Shown: positions 13,263 to 27,068, counted from the first letter of the stretch. The stretch is 64,000 nt of DNA from Octopus sinensis (GCF_006345805.1 NC_043004.1:101060001-101124000), one strand, 5' to 3'. The notes: generated by a model not told the origin, from the letters alone. Translations and numbers: made by a program.

Positions 13263-13866
13263 CAACTTACTCAAATTACAACTGCAATGCAATTTTTAAA
13301 ATCATTCTATCTTTGCAGTTTGGTGTAAAAAAGTCACATGTGAAAAAAATAGCCACTTATACTTTAGGCCAAACTTAAGAATTCTAGTTATCTACTTATT
13401 TTGAAAGTCTGCATAAAACAGGCTGGACTACATGTTACACAACTCAGAATAAATTATGATAATTGCCCTGTGCTCTATGCATAGCTGTGAGGTTAAGAAG
13501 GTCTCTTTACAACCACAGTTTCAACTTCAGTCCCACTGTGTGGTACCTTTGGTAAATTGGTTTCTACTCTAACATGAGAGGACAAATGCCTTGTGAGTGA
13601 GTTTAATAGACAGAAATTGTGTAGAATCCCATATGCGTGTGTGTCTATGCTTCTATGTTTGTTCTCCACATTTTGACAAAGTGTCATTTTGTTCACATAT
13701 CCATAACCTAGCATTCCAGCAATAGAGGTCAATAGAATATGTACCAGACTTCAAAAGACAAATAATGATGAGTAAGTACTGATGTTGATCTGTTCTACTG
13801 AAACCCTGCAAGGTGGTGCCACAGCATGCTCACAATCCAACAAGTGAAATATTTAAAAAAATAAAC

Positions 13867-14284
13867 GGCATAGGAATGGCTGTGTGGTAAGTAGCTTGTT
13901 TACCAACCACATGGTTCCGGGTTCAGTCCCACTGCGTGGCACCTTGGGCAAGTGTCTTCTACTATAGCTTCAGGCCGACCAAAGCCTTGTGAGTTGATTT
14001 GGTAGACGGAAACTGAAAGAAGCCCGTTGTATATATGTATATATATATATATATATATACGTGTGTGTGTATGCGTGTCTGTGTTTGTCCACCTAGCATT
14101 GCTTGACAACCGATGCTGGTGTGTTTACATCCCCATTACTTAGCGGTTCGGCAAAAGAGACCGATAGAATATGTACTGGGCTTACAAAAGAATAAGTCCT
14201 GGGGGTCGATTTGCTCGACTAAAGGCGGTGCTCCAGCATGGATGCAGTCAAATGACTGAAACAAGTAAAAGAGAATAAAGAGAG
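13867..14284 (+). mobile_element. SINE family A
   Basis: Full-length match. Confidence 0.9.
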
Positions 14285-16082
14285 AGATCCCAGAAAATAT
14301 TGTTATCACACAACATAACCAGAAAGCTATTCCACACTCTAAACAGCCAAGTTTAGACACTGCAACCATTCAAGCTTTATTTCACACAACATGACCAGAG
14401 TGCTACACAGAGTACCACACAGTATCACACCATGTTGCACAGCACCAGACATTTAGCATCATCGCATAACCTCACTACACCACCCTCACACCATAGCCAA
14501 AGGTCATTCTGTCCATCAGTGGTACCTCCTAAATAAGCAGTAACTCTCCAAATCAAACCAAAGCATGGCTTATCTTTTGAATCTCTGGCTTTCTTCTTAA
14601 TATATGATCAACCATCTCTTCTACCATGAGTCTTCTTATCAGAGCTGACTGATAGGACTCAGATATAACAACAACAATAACCAGCACGACCCTTAATGGG
14701 TTAATATTCAGTGTTCAGTATAGCTAACATGCAAGGCAGAAAGCTGGCAGAATCGCTAGTATACCAGGCAAAATGCTTATCGGCATTTTGTCAGTCCTTT
14801 GGGGTTGACTTTGCCTTTCATCCTTACAGGTTTGATAGAACAAATACCAGTTGAGCACTGGGGTTGATAAAGTCAACTTAGCCCCTCCTCTAAAATTGCC
14901 GGCCTTGTGCCAGAATTTGAAAATAATATTGCTGTCTGGTCTCTCAAAACATTCAACCTATACCAGCATGGAAAGCAGACATTAAATGATGATGATGATG
15001 ATGATGACGACGATGACGACGACGATGATGATGATGATGATGATGACAACAATGATGACAACAACAGTGATAGTAATAATGATGACAAAACAACAATGAT
15101 GATAATAATGTTGATGATGATGAGGACAATTTTGGTGATGATGATGATGTTGATGATGATGACATGCATCAAAGAATGGACAGGCGAGTCCATTCATTAG
15201 CCACGACTGGAAAGCCGTAGCACACAACTGAGACAGATTGGAAGAAACAGGTGTACTGTATGTCATGTCCAGCTCCCTTGTGACTCCACTGGAAACTGAG
15301 GGCCAAGACCATGTCATATAATCCTGTATGTATTGTGCGTACATGTGTGTTTGTGTGTGTATACACCTGTAGATTCCAGTACAATCTGTGTAAGCATGCA
15401 TAAACTGGATGTCTAATGAACATTGCCCTGTCAAATGCAACATAATTGGTTTTAGTTTTAATCCCCAGTATAACTTAACTATTAATTAAATTTCTACATA
15501 AGTTAGAAGTAAAAATAGCACACTGTCTACTTCCGAAAGACAATTTGCAGATGTAGCGTGTGGCCTAGCAAACGACCAGCTTCACCCAGGTGCGAAAAGG
15601 GCAGCAGCTGAACAGCAATCTTTTTTGTGCATGGCACAAAAGATTTTCCAACAACTGACCTGGCTTCAAACCCAAACCTGGAACTGTGCCTGCCACTGCA
15701 CAAGGCCACCACCACTAACAGATACAAGATGGCCACCACTAATACCAACACACACACTTCACAAAGATGTTTCTTTTGAATATGGCAACTGTGAATCAAA
15801 AATCTCATTCCTGAAAGACCTTGTGGCATGCAATCAAGCTTTATGCATGGCAATTGTAGAAACCCAACTTAGACCTGATATAGGGGATGCAGAAATGCAT
15901 ATACCACAATATGTTGACATACGCTCAGATAGAAAGGAGAGGAGCCACAGTGGAGTTGCTGTGTAGATCTGAGAGTACCTCACACCCCAGGACCTGCTGT
16001 CATATTCTAATTCAGTGAGTGACACTTAAATTGTATACATAAGACAACTTAATATTGTTATATGTACTACATTGGTACTACA

Positions 16083-16251
16083 GGCAGGAGTGGCTGTGTG
16101 GTGAGTAGCTTGCTTACCAATCACATGGTTCCGGGATCAGTCCCACTGCATGGTACCTTGGGGAAGTGTCTTCTACAATAGCCCTGGGTTGACCAAAGCC
16201 TTGTGAGTGGATTTGGTAGACGGAAACTGAAGGAAGCCCGTCGTATATATG

Positions 16252-16292
<41 letters not shown>

Positions 16293-16516
16293 ATGTTGTG
16301 TATATGTGTTTGTGTCCCCCCCCCCCAACATCACTTGACAACCGATGCTGGGGTGTTTAGGTCCCTGTAACATAGTGGTTCGGCAAAAAAAACTGATAGA
16401 ATAAGCACTAGGCTTACAAAGAATAAGTCCTAGGGTCGATTTAATTCAACTAAAGGTGGTGCTCCAGCATGGCCGTAGTCAAATGACTGAAACAAATAAA
16501 ATTAAAAAAATAAAAG
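16083..16516 (+). mobile_element. SINE family A inserted in the LINE endonuclease
   Basis: Full-length match; interrupts the ICTT-YxPSD segment. Confidence 0.9.
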
Positions 16517-16802
16517 AACATATGGCCCATCAGATGCTCCGAGTCATACAGACAAATTTGAAGACTGCCCAGCAAAGATAGAAGTTCTCATCAGACTGGA
16601 ACAGCACATTAATGTTTTCCTTCTGGGTGACTTTAACTTCCCAAATATGGGATGCCCAGCTTCTCCCAGGAAAGACACACCAACAGCAAGCGCAAGCAGA
16701 GTCCCAGCTCCACCTTACCAATGCCTCTTTCGTGGAACAAATCATGCTGCAACCAACCAGGGCAAATAATATACTGGATCTCAGCTTCACAAACAATATG
16801 GA

Positions 16803-17195
16803 CATTATCATCATCATCATCATCATCATCGTTTAGCGTCCGCATTTCCATGCTAGCATGGGTTGGACGGTTCAACCGGGCTCTGTGAAGCCAGAAGGCT
16901 GCACCAGGCCCAGTTTGATCTGGCAATGTTTATATGGCTGGATGCCCTTCCTAACGCCAACCACTCCATGAGTGTAGTGGGTGCTTTTTACATGCCACTG
17001 GCACGGAGACCAGACGAAGCTGGCAACGGCCATGATCGGATGGTGCTTTTTATGTGCCACCGGCATGGCGGCCAGGCGAGGCTGGCAACGGCCATGAACG
17101 GATCGTGCTTTTTACGTGCCACTGGCACGAGGCCAGTAGGAGCGGCGCTGGCAACAGCCACGAACGGATGGTGCTTTTTACGTGCCACTGGCACC
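16803..17195 (-). mobile_element. Family D element inserted in the LINE endonuclease
   Basis: (atc)n tail, D body and about 3 diverged internal repeat units. Confidence 0.85.
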
Positions 17196-17506
17196 CATAA
17201 TGTTAAAGTGACACCGATGCTGGTCTCGGATCACAATATAATAGAGCTGTCTATGTCTGGACCAAAAGCTCCTGCAGACATACAGCCTATACAAAGCACC
17301 CGAATTCTCTCCAAACTAAACTTTCACAAAGCAAATTGGGAGCAGATTGAGAAAGAGATCCTCAAACAGGATTGGCCTAAATGTCTCTCTCAAATGGACA
17401 TTAAGATCATGATAGTGACGACTTCATTAGTTAAGGATATAAATTATCAATATAATATATTTCAAATGTTAAAATAAGCAAAAAAAAAATTTTTTAGATA
17501 TATAAA

Positions 17507-17889
17507 ACTAGCTCGGGTTTGTAAGGGAAATAACTATATAAGCATTTTTAGAGAGTTATAGCCAAAAAATAGCAAAAAAAAGGCATTAAAAATGAAAAAA
17601 AAATTATGGTAAATTTTTTTTTAAATCTTTGACTCATCGTAGACATTTTTAGAGAGTTACTTCCCTTATATAATAGCGAAAAAATGCATTAAAATGGAAA
17701 AAAATGATGGTAAATTATTTTTAAAATCGTAGACTCATCATAGACGCGTGCTAATACCCAGAAGGGCTCAATATGAATCACGACTATAAGATACCCGGTT
17801 TTGGTTAAACTGCACCGCAAAATGTGGGAGTAGTTAGGAATCTAAATCGTAGGAGACAGACACACAACTTGACTTTTATATATAAAGAT
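17507..17889 (+). mobile_element. Helitron/Helentron-like non-autonomous element with an internal about 100-bp duplication
   Basis: Begins ACTAG and ends cagacacacaacttgacttttatatataaagat; the catttttagagagtta...gactcatcgtagac block occurs twice. Confidence 0.45.
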
Positions 17890-18549
17890 AACATCAGTTG
17901 ATTACAGTGAAATTAAGCCCTTAAGTTTCTCCTCAGGAACTGAACAGTTCTAGTTCCTTCCATTCTCGTGCCATATATCTCTTGCAGCATTTGAGTCAAG
18001 TAGCATTTTCAAATTATCTGAACCTCAGTATTTGTGTGATGAAAATTAGTTGAAAATATAAAGTAAATAAATAAATAAAAATTAATTAATTACATTTCCC
18101 TGACAGTGGAAATAGGTGGTCGTGGTATCTGAGGTGTGAGAGGTAATGTCACTTTTTTCTCTATTGTTCTATTGTACTCAGTGGCGTAAAAATAATATCA
18201 ACCATGGTGTGAAATATCTGCCAGCCACATTTCTGGTTGTTGTTGTTGTGGTAACTGTTATTGTTCAAGTCTCTATCCCTCTTCCACACTCTTTTTCTCA
18301 CTCCCTTGTAATGTGTGTGTGTGTGTGTGTGTGTGTGAAGGAGGTGTCTAAGCCCATGTTTAACTGTTTCTCACACTTAATTACAACAATTAGTAAATAA
18401 GGGAGCTGCAGAATTTGACAAACTGTGTGTGGCCATAGTAATGTGTTATTATAAACAAACAACAAAAATAAACAATATACCCATGCACGTGTGTAGGTGT
18501 TTATATGCATTTCTGTATACATACATACATACATACATATATATATATG

Positions 18550-18604
<55 letters not shown>

Positions 18605-18912
18605 GTAATGAGTCTGTTGTTTTAACATTAGTTTTGAATGCTCTTCCTCCTTCCACTTACATTACATTTACACACACATGTACATGCACACACATACACA
18701 CTTTATCAAGCAGTAAAAAGGATTTCAACTCAAAGACATGAAATCCAAATTGTGGATACAAAGGAGTCCCTTTGTCAGAATGAATGACAAGCTTTCAATA
18801 CTAGTCAACAGGGAGGCCTCTTCATTGACGCTTGATTTACTGCAAATAGCAGCCAAATCTCCTTAAATCACAGCCCAGCATCTCAAAACACATGAGAACA
18901 TCTTGGATGAAT

Positions 18913-19580
18913 AGGCACAGCTGTGACTGTGTGATAAGGAGCTTGCTTCCCAATCACATGGTCCCAGGTTCAGTCTCACTGCATGGCACCTTGGGCAAGT
19001 GTCTTCTACTATAGCCTCAGGCTGACCAAAGCCCCATGCATGGATTTGGTAGATGGAAACTGAAAGAAGCCCATCATATATATGTGTGCATGTGTGTGTG
19101 TGTGTATCATGTATCTTTACATCTGTATTTGTCCCCCCACCACCATCACCACTTGACAACTTATTTCTTTACTACCCACAAGGAGCTAAACACAGAGGGG
19201 ACAAACAAGGACAGACAAACGGATTAAGTCAATTACATCGACCCCAGTGTGTAACTGGTACTTATTTAATCGACCCCGAAAGGATGAAAGGCAAAGTCGA
19301 CCTCGGCGGAATTTGAACTCAGAACGTAACGGCAGACGAAATACCACTAAGCATCTCGCCCGGCGTGCTAATGATTCTGCCAGCTTGCCGCCATATGCAA
19401 CTAGTGTGGGTGTGCTTACATCCCATAACCTAGCAGTTCAGCAAAAGAGACTGGCAGAATAACTACTAGGCTTTAAAAAAATAAGTCAGTCTCCTCAGGT
19501 CAATTAGTTCACCTAAAACCCCTTCAAGGTGGTGCCCCAGCATGGCCGCAGTCAAATGACTGAAACAAGTAAGAGATAAA
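18913..19580 (+). mobile_element. Diverged SINE family A interrupted by SINE family B (19162-19392, -)
   Basis: A halves flank an antisense B copy. Confidence 0.85.
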
Positions 19581-20167
19581 TGATAAAACATTTTTTTTTT
19601 GTTTTAAATAACAATAAAAATAAACAAGTCCTATCAGGCCTGGAATCCTTTTGATCAAAGATCTACTCAATTAGGACTGATCTGGGTTTCAACCATAATC
19701 ACATCAACTGTCTTTAATACAGTAAATGAATCATCAACATCCACGTAAATGACTGTACATGTTAAGTATTTAATTGGCTTACTTTAATTAAGAGTTTAGG
19801 AATTATATGTCCACAGCGTTTATGGTGATAGCACTTCTGTCTGAGGAAATATTTAATGAGTGTTTTTTGCATTACTAGCTGACCTTACTTCCTCTTCTCT
19901 GATCTCATTTGGTCCTGTGAGGTCCCTTACATTTGAAACAGTTGGAATTTGGATATGGAGAATGGAAGGTGGAAGGCGAGTGCTGCAGAGTAGAGTAGCA
20001 GAGAAAATTCACAGTTCAGTGGAGACTTACAAACTGATTTCAATTCCCAGATCAATCCATTTCACTTCAGTTCATTTATGCTTTTAATGCTCTTTGAAAA
20101 ATTGACATAAACCTTACGCAGTCTGAGAAGATGTTGCACATTTATAAAAAAATCTTATTATTACTAC

Positions 20168-20215
<48 letters not shown>

Positions 20216-20216
20216 C

Positions 20217-20283
<67 letters not shown>

Positions 20284-20612
20284 ATAGTAGTAGTAGTAGT
20301 AGTAGTAGTAGTAGCAACCAGTAAAGTGAAATTGCAACACAGTGTCACATCTGGCTAAAAGTATGTACTTCATAAATCTTATTTTGTTGAAACCCTTCGA
20401 AAATACTTGAATATTTTCTCCCTTAAAGGCATGGCTGTCATTTGCCTTGACCCCCCCCCCACCACCACCACCACCCATTCCCCAAAAACAAAAGAAATAA
20501 AGAAACTCTTTTATTATTGTAACATGTTCCAGTGAATAGATAAGCCTTCTTGTTCCATAGTCTAGTTTAAAACAGAGTTTATGAAATAGTTTCGAATCTT
20601 AGTTAGATATAT

Positions 20613-21181
20613 AGGCACAGGAGTGGCTGTGTGGTAAGTAGCTTGCTTACCAACCACATGGTTCCAGGTTCAGTCCCTCTGCATGGCACATTGGGCAAGT
20701 GTCTTCTACTATAGCCTCGGGCCAACCAAAGCCTTGTGAGTGGATTCGGTAGACGGAAACTGAAAGAAACTCGTCATATATATGTATACATATATATATA
20801 TATATATGAATGTTGGCCTGCTCGCTTAGCCAGCGGGGTGGCGTCATTCGAAGATTAAAACAATGCGAATGCATTGTGACCAGCGATGTGTAACTACATC
20901 TGATGGACTGGTCGGTCACGAAAAAAAAAAAATTTTTTTGAATGTGTGTGTATATGTTTGTGTGTCTGTGTTTGTCCCGCCAACGTCGCTTGACAACCGA
21001 TGCTGGTGTTACGTCCCCGTAACTTAGAGGTTAACTTAGCGGTTCGGAAAAAGAGAGCAATAGAATAAGTACTATACTTGCAAAGAATAAGTCCTGGGGG
21101 CGATTTGCTCGACTAAAGGCGGTGCTCCAGCATGGCTGCAGTCAAATGACTGAAACAAGTAAAAGAGTAAAGAGTAAAGAG
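20613..21181 (+). mobile_element. SINE family A with an about 115-bp insert in its microsatellite (20809-20925)
   Basis: Full A copy plus a foreign A-tailed fragment, probably a SINE 3' end. Confidence 0.85.
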
Positions 21182-21662
21182 ATGTCTGATAAATAACTTC
21201 CTGCTTATGTCTTTTCGCTATTCCCTTTGGTTTCCTATCAAGACACCTAGAACTAACAGCAAAATCCTATTTTTTATCACACATTTTTATTCCGGTAACT
21301 AACTTAATCTTGCCCCGCCTACTTTACCTTAAGTGGATTGGGGGGTGTGGTAGGTGGATAGCTTTGGTTTTTTTTTTTTAATATCTTTTTTTATTTTTGT
21401 CTTTTCTCTTAAATTCTTTCTTGGATTTACTTCAAGATGTATATATTCATTTTTTTTTTGTTTTTTTTTTGTTGTTTTTTTTTTCTAAGATGTTTTTGTT
21501 TTATTTGGATTCTGGTTCTGGCAGCTTTAATCTGGCATTCTTGTGATTAGCAACACTTCCATCATAACCTTAATATTCTCTTCAGAAAGATTCTCACCAT
21601 CAAGATACTGTTAATCCAGATTACTGTTATTTGCTTCAGTTTCAGCTTTTCCTGGTTTCTTT

Positions 21663-21740
<78 letters not shown>

Positions 21741-22186
21741 ATTTCTCTCTCTCTCTCTCTCTCTTTCTTTCTCACTCCCTCTCTCTCTCTATCTATCTAT
21801 CTATCTGTCTCTCTCACTCTCTCTCTTTCTCTCTCTCTCACTCTCTCTCCCCCCTCCCCTCTCTCTCAATCTATCTATCTCTCTCTCACTCTCTCTCTCT
21901 CTCGCTCTATCTCCTTACTTTGTCTCTCATCCTTCTCTCTCATTGAGTCAATGAATAACAACGATAGTTAAGCCTTACTAACCAATCCAACCATCTGCCA
22001 TCCTACACCCACCACAACTACAAACCCACCTCACACACACATACACACATGCACACACACTCGCATACATACAGATACACATGCACACACACGGAGTCGT
22101 CATCACTGCAACCACTACCAAACATGTGTTCTGCAAAATCCAGTTGTTACAAATTTCTCATACTCTAACCACCATCAAAACTACCA

Positions 22187-22241
<55 letters not shown>

Positions 22242-22466
22242 TAAACCCACAACTGCAACTACTATCAACCTCAAGCACGACACACTACAGACATCATGCA
22301 AATACCACCACAACATCTACAAAAAATACTTCCAACTACTTACACCTACACACAAACACCTTCGCTTTCTGCTTACAATTGACCACGATCTTGCAATGAC
22401 CAATTTCTTTAATAGAGGATCAAAGGATATTGAATGTGTGTATGTGTTTATGTATGTATGTATCTG

Positions 22467-22497
<31 letters not shown>

Positions 22498-22526
22498 CTC
22501 AAAATAAGCAACAAGAATGACTCCGG

Positions 22527-22623
22527 TAATTTGGTACGATCGTTTCGTACTACATCATTTTATTTAATGTTGTAATAAGTATTACAACAGTTTTAAAATG
22601 CTGAGCACTCATCAGCCAATTAT
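22527..22623 (-). ncRNA. Type I hammerhead ribozyme, canonical core, GUA cleavage triplet
   Basis: Minus strand reads auaauugg-CUGAUGA-gugcu...aguac-GAAAC-GAUC-GUA-ccaaauua. Stem I has 7 bp with one bulge. Stem II is a long hairpin (gugcu/aguac, cagcauuuua/uaaaaugaug, uguuguaau/auuacaaca). Stem III is the palindrome ACGAUCGU. Predicted cut between 22535 and 22534. Confidence 0.88.
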
Positions 22624-22799
22624 AGAGGTTTTCCATTAATACAAAAATTTTCATATCAAGTGGCAACATTATAGAGAAGGTAGATACATAGACAAAGATG
22701 TGGATTTAAATTTTAAGAACATTTATATATATATATATACACACACATGCATATATGCATATAGTGTGGTTGTATACAGTAAGCAATGGCTATACATTA

Positions 22800-23291
22800 T
22801 TTTACTCTTTTTACTCTGTTACTTGTTTCAGTCATTTGACTGCAGCCATGCTGGAGCACCACCTTTAGTCGAGCAAATCCACCCCAGAACTTATTCTTTG
22901 TAAGCCTAGTACTTATTCTATTGCTCATGGCTAGTGGTTAGAGCAGCAGGCTTGCGGTCGAGGGATTGCGGGTTCGAATCTTAGACTGGGCGATGCGTGT
23001 GCTTATGAGCAAAACACCTAAGCTCCATGCGTCTCCGACAGATGGTAATGGCGAAACTTCTGCTAAGTTACAGTGACGTAAACACACCAGCATCGGTTGT
23101 TAAGTGATGTTGGGGGGACAAACACAGACACACAAACACACATACATACATATACATATATACGACAGGCTTCTTTCAGTTTCTGTCTACCAAATCCACT
23201 CACAAGGCTTTTTGGTTGGCCCAAGGCTGTAGTAGAACCCAGAACCATGTGGTTGGTAAACAAGCTACTTACCACACAGCCACTCCTGCGA
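22800..23291 (-). mobile_element. SINE family A with an inserted E-like tRNA-head fragment (22925-23060, +)
   Basis: A halves flank tggctagtggttagagc...ggttcgaatc. Confidence 0.85.
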
Positions 23292-23843
23292 CTATGTTGA
23301 TTGTTAATTTTTACTTCTATATTTGTATATCTATCTGTATTTATATGTATATATATTATGTATTTAAATGCATCTATATATGTATACACACATACACACA
23401 CAAGCACATACCATGATTTAGGAGTGTGTATTTACACCACACCCAAACCATTCACAAGCAATGCCACCAATTCTATAAGCCTCATAGCAAAGTTCTTGTC
23501 AGTATTATAACTTCAGCAAGGAAAATTTCTGAAGCTAGACAGCTTCAAGAATAAATTCTTTAAGCAAATGGCAAAAGATCTGATAGAAAGCTTCTCCAAA
23601 ATATTTCATCATTCACTTGGCATCAGATCAAACAAGTATAGCATTGCTGTTGATGGGGAACATTTAACTTAATTCCTCATATCTTATATCAACTTTGAAA
23701 TTGATTCTTATTCAACTTTCTATGTAACCTCCAGTGGTTCAAACATGATTTTGTGAAGGCTATTGATATAGAATCAAAATAAATTATCAGTAATACCCAG
23801 CTGAATTCATTTCACTTTATTTACACATTCTAATGTCTTCTAG

Positions 23844-23906
23844 GAAGACGTGAAAATCACATAATTTCAGTTCCGTCATCCTATGGATCTAACACCTTTT
23901 GCCTTT
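23844..23906 (+). CDS. Candidate 63-nt phase-1 cassette exon (xRRENHIISVPSSYGSNTFCLx)
   Basis: ctaat branch-like motif, then tgtcttctag acceptor; ttt|GTAAGA donor; only the phase-1 frame is open. Confidence 0.28.
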
Positions 23907-24240
23907 GTAAGAAATCATAAGCAATAAATAAAATAGACCTTGATGTGAATTGAATTCAGAAATCCAAGAACCTAAATTATATAATGTAGATATTCTGACG
24001 CTCTAAAATATTTTACATAAACTTGATGTCGGTGGTATCTTAGCAGAATATCGTTTTAGTGATAATCGAGCATTTGAGAAATGTGTGAATATCACAACAT
24101 AACTGATGTGAAATGATTCTAGTAAGGATATAAATTGAAATGTAGACTTTTATCATATTTTTTTCACATAAAATAAATCTTTGGATATATGCGGGAGAAA
24201 CATAATGCAGTAGTAGTACCTCAGTTTTCGAACAACATTG

Positions 24241-24402
24241 GAGCAGGAGTGGCTGTGTGGTAAGTAGCTTGCTTACCAACCACACGGTTCTGAGTTCAGT
24301 CCCACTGCATGGCACCTTGGACAAGAGTCTTCTACTATAGCCTCAGGCCGACCAAAGCCTTGTGAGTGGATTTGGTAGATGGAAACTGAAAGAAGCCCGT
24401 TG

Positions 24403-24439
<37 letters not shown>

Positions 24440-24657
24440 ATATGTTTGTGTGTTTGTGTTTCTTCCCCCAACTTCGCTTAACAACCGACGGTGGTGTACT
24501 TATGTCCCCGTAACTTAGTGGTTTGGCAAAAGAGATCGATAGAATAAGTACTAGGCTTACAAGGAATAAGTCCTGGAGTCGATTTGCTTGACTAAAAGGC
24601 GGTGCTCCAGCATGGCCGCAGTCAAATGACTGAAGCAAGTAAAAGAGTAAAAGAGTA
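24241..24657 (+). mobile_element. SINE family A
   Basis: Full-length match. Confidence 0.9.
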
Positions 24658-25049
24658 ACTCTGATCACAAATAAATTGTGTTTTATCTCCTGTCTTTCTC
24701 ATATTCATTTCATATGTTTACAAACACCTCTGATCACAAATAAATCATGCTTTATATATATCTATATCAATATATATATATAATAATAATATGAGGGAAT
24801 ATTATTCCAAACTTACAGGGAAAAATTCAATTTAGAAATACTAAATTAAGTTTCACAAAATATAATGTATATATATAAATTAGAAAAAACAACAATATAT
24901 ATATATTTAAAGCATGATTTATTCATGATCAGAGTCATTCGGAAACCGAGGTACTACTGTACTTCTTAATTTTGGCACAAGGCCAGCAATTTTAAGGAGA
25001 GAGAGTTAATTGATCACATCGTCCCCGGTGTTCAATTGGTACTTTCTAA

Positions 25050-25270
25050 CCCTTTCGCTACCGTATATATTTTGAGATGCTCTGTGTTTCTTTCTGTTAG
25101 TTTAAATATAACAAAGAATTTAGTAAAATAACTTAGTTATCATTAAGCTAATGTTAGGAACATAAATTGTGGCTAAGGTTTGGTGGAAGATTTTAGTTCA
25201 AAACTTATGGAAACAAGACATTTGTACTATAGAGCGTGAGCCAGTTTCAGCCAGGTTGGTATCGAAAGGG
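25050..25270. mobile_element. piggyBac-like MITE inserted into an old family B SINE
   Basis: ctaa|CCCTTTCGCTAC...GTATCGAAAGGG|ttaa; SINE B sequence continues on both sides. Confidence 0.82.
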
Positions 25271-25540
25271 TTAAATTGATATTGAAAGGATGAAAGGCAA
25301 AGTTGACCTCGGCAAGATTTGTTGAATATCAAGCCAGAAGAAATGCCATTTAGCATTTTATTCAACATGCTTACAATTCTGCCAGCTCACCATCAGGAGA
25401 AACATAATTATGAGATAATGCAGCATTCATGTCTCTCCCAAGTTCGTTATCAAAGCATGAGGAGTCTGTCATTCAATAAGCATTTGTCACATTGACACAA
25501 ATCCACAAATTCGTCAAGGAAGATACCTTCAACCCCGTCA

Positions 25541-25899
25541 ATAAATGACCCCCTTCGGTCAGACACTGACCATGGGTTTGCACCTAGAGAGTTACCCTCT
25601 GAGGCACAAGTCTGGGCAAGGTTGTTTTATGGAAGACTAGCAGTAGCCCATGCATACCGGCCTCCCCTCTCCATGTCACCGATGTTGTCCAAGGGAAAGG
25701 CAAGGGCCGATACAGCTTGGCACCTGTGACGTCGCAACTCATTTCTACAGCTGAGTGAAGTGGAGCAACGTGAAATAAAGTGCCTTGCTCAAGAACACAA
25801 CACGCACCCCGGTCCGGGATTCGAGCTGACAACCTCACGATCATAAGCTCGACGCTCTAACGACTGAGCCATGTGCCTTCACTGAGCCACGTGCCTTCA
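25541..25899 (-). mobile_element. SINE family C with duplicated head and TSD
   Basis: ccttcaaccccgtca occurs on both sides; ctgagccaYgtgccttca is duplicated at the head. Confidence 0.82.
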
Positions 25900-26239
25900 A
25901 CCCCGTCATTACTTGGCACATATTTTATTGGCTAAGCCAATGTGATCTGCTAATAACAACAGTCAACTTTCCCTTATGATACACCTGACCACCTAAGAAA
26001 GGGACATGCTGGATGATGTCATTCTAGGTTCTCTTCACATAGAAAAGGAACAAAATGGTCATAGCCTCCTCTTTTATCTCTCACTGACCCTTTCCCCACA
26101 GTTTCTCCACTGCCTCAACACCAACTCATCTCCCTCTCTTTATCTCCACAACATCCTATTCTTACGTCCAGTGACCTCTCCTTATAGCTTCTAGTGCTTT
26201 GTCGGCTCCCTCTCGACTCTCTTTTGTACAACACTTCAT

Positions 26240-26254
26240 TATATTCACATCATT

Positions 26255-26327
<73 letters not shown>

Positions 26328-26360
26328 CCATTATCATCATCATCATCATCATCATCATCT

Positions 26361-26392
<32 letters not shown>

Positions 26393-26393
26393 T

Positions 26394-26446
<53 letters not shown>

Positions 26447-26447
26447 T

Positions 26448-26497
<50 letters not shown>

Positions 26498-26517
26498 TAT
26501 CATCATCATCATCATCT

Positions 26518-26549
<32 letters not shown>

Positions 26550-26618
26550 TATCATCATCATCATCATCATCATCATTATCATCATCATCATCATCATCAA
26601 CATCATCATCATCGTCAT
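26240..26618. repeat. Long (ATC)n microsatellite (expanded tail of a D element)
   Basis: Directly visible; explains the poly-H/S/I/D/M ORFs. Confidence 0.95.
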
Positions 26619-27068
26619 TTAATGTCTGTTTTCCATGCTGGCATGAGCTGGACAGTTTAACAGGAACTGGTAGGCCAGGGAGCCACATCGGCATCTATTG
26701 TCTGTTTTGGCTTGGTTTCTACAACTGAATGCCCTTCCGAATACCAACCACTTTACAGACCGTACTGGGTGTTTTTTCTACGTGGCACCAGCACCAGTGC
26801 TCTTTGTAGGACACTATTACCAAAATGTCTTTAAATGGCACCCCTACCAGTGCTTTTTAAGTGGCACCCATCACGAGTGCTTTTTACATGGTACCATCAC
26901 CAGTTACATGACAAAAGAGAAGAAAAAATGACTCCCACTATTCACCCTATCTATCTCTCTCTCTTTCTCACCACATTTCTTTTACTGTTTCTCTTTCATT
27001 ACAACCCCTCCCCCGCACTCCACAATACTCTCTTTTCAGTTACTCCCTCCACAACCATCCTCTCACAG

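Larger units (their letters stand above)
15540..17410 (+). mobile_element. Decayed CR1/L2-group LINE (AP-like endonuclease domain) split by two SINE insertions
   Basis: Three pieces: KISFLKDLVACNQALCMAIVETQL...RSDRKERSHSGVAV; LLGDFNFP...PTRANNILDLSFTNNMDII; HNVKVTPMLVSDHNIIEL...LNFHKANWEQI. The GDFN and SDH motifs of APE-type endonucleases are present. Confidence 0.88.

Noticed and set aside
19889-22406. Minus-strand exon candidates (19889-19982; 22377-22406) and a CFKCKGPH knuckle-like peptide
   Set aside because: No consistent chain of exons; the knuckle lacks its last Cys (stop codon); expected by chance.
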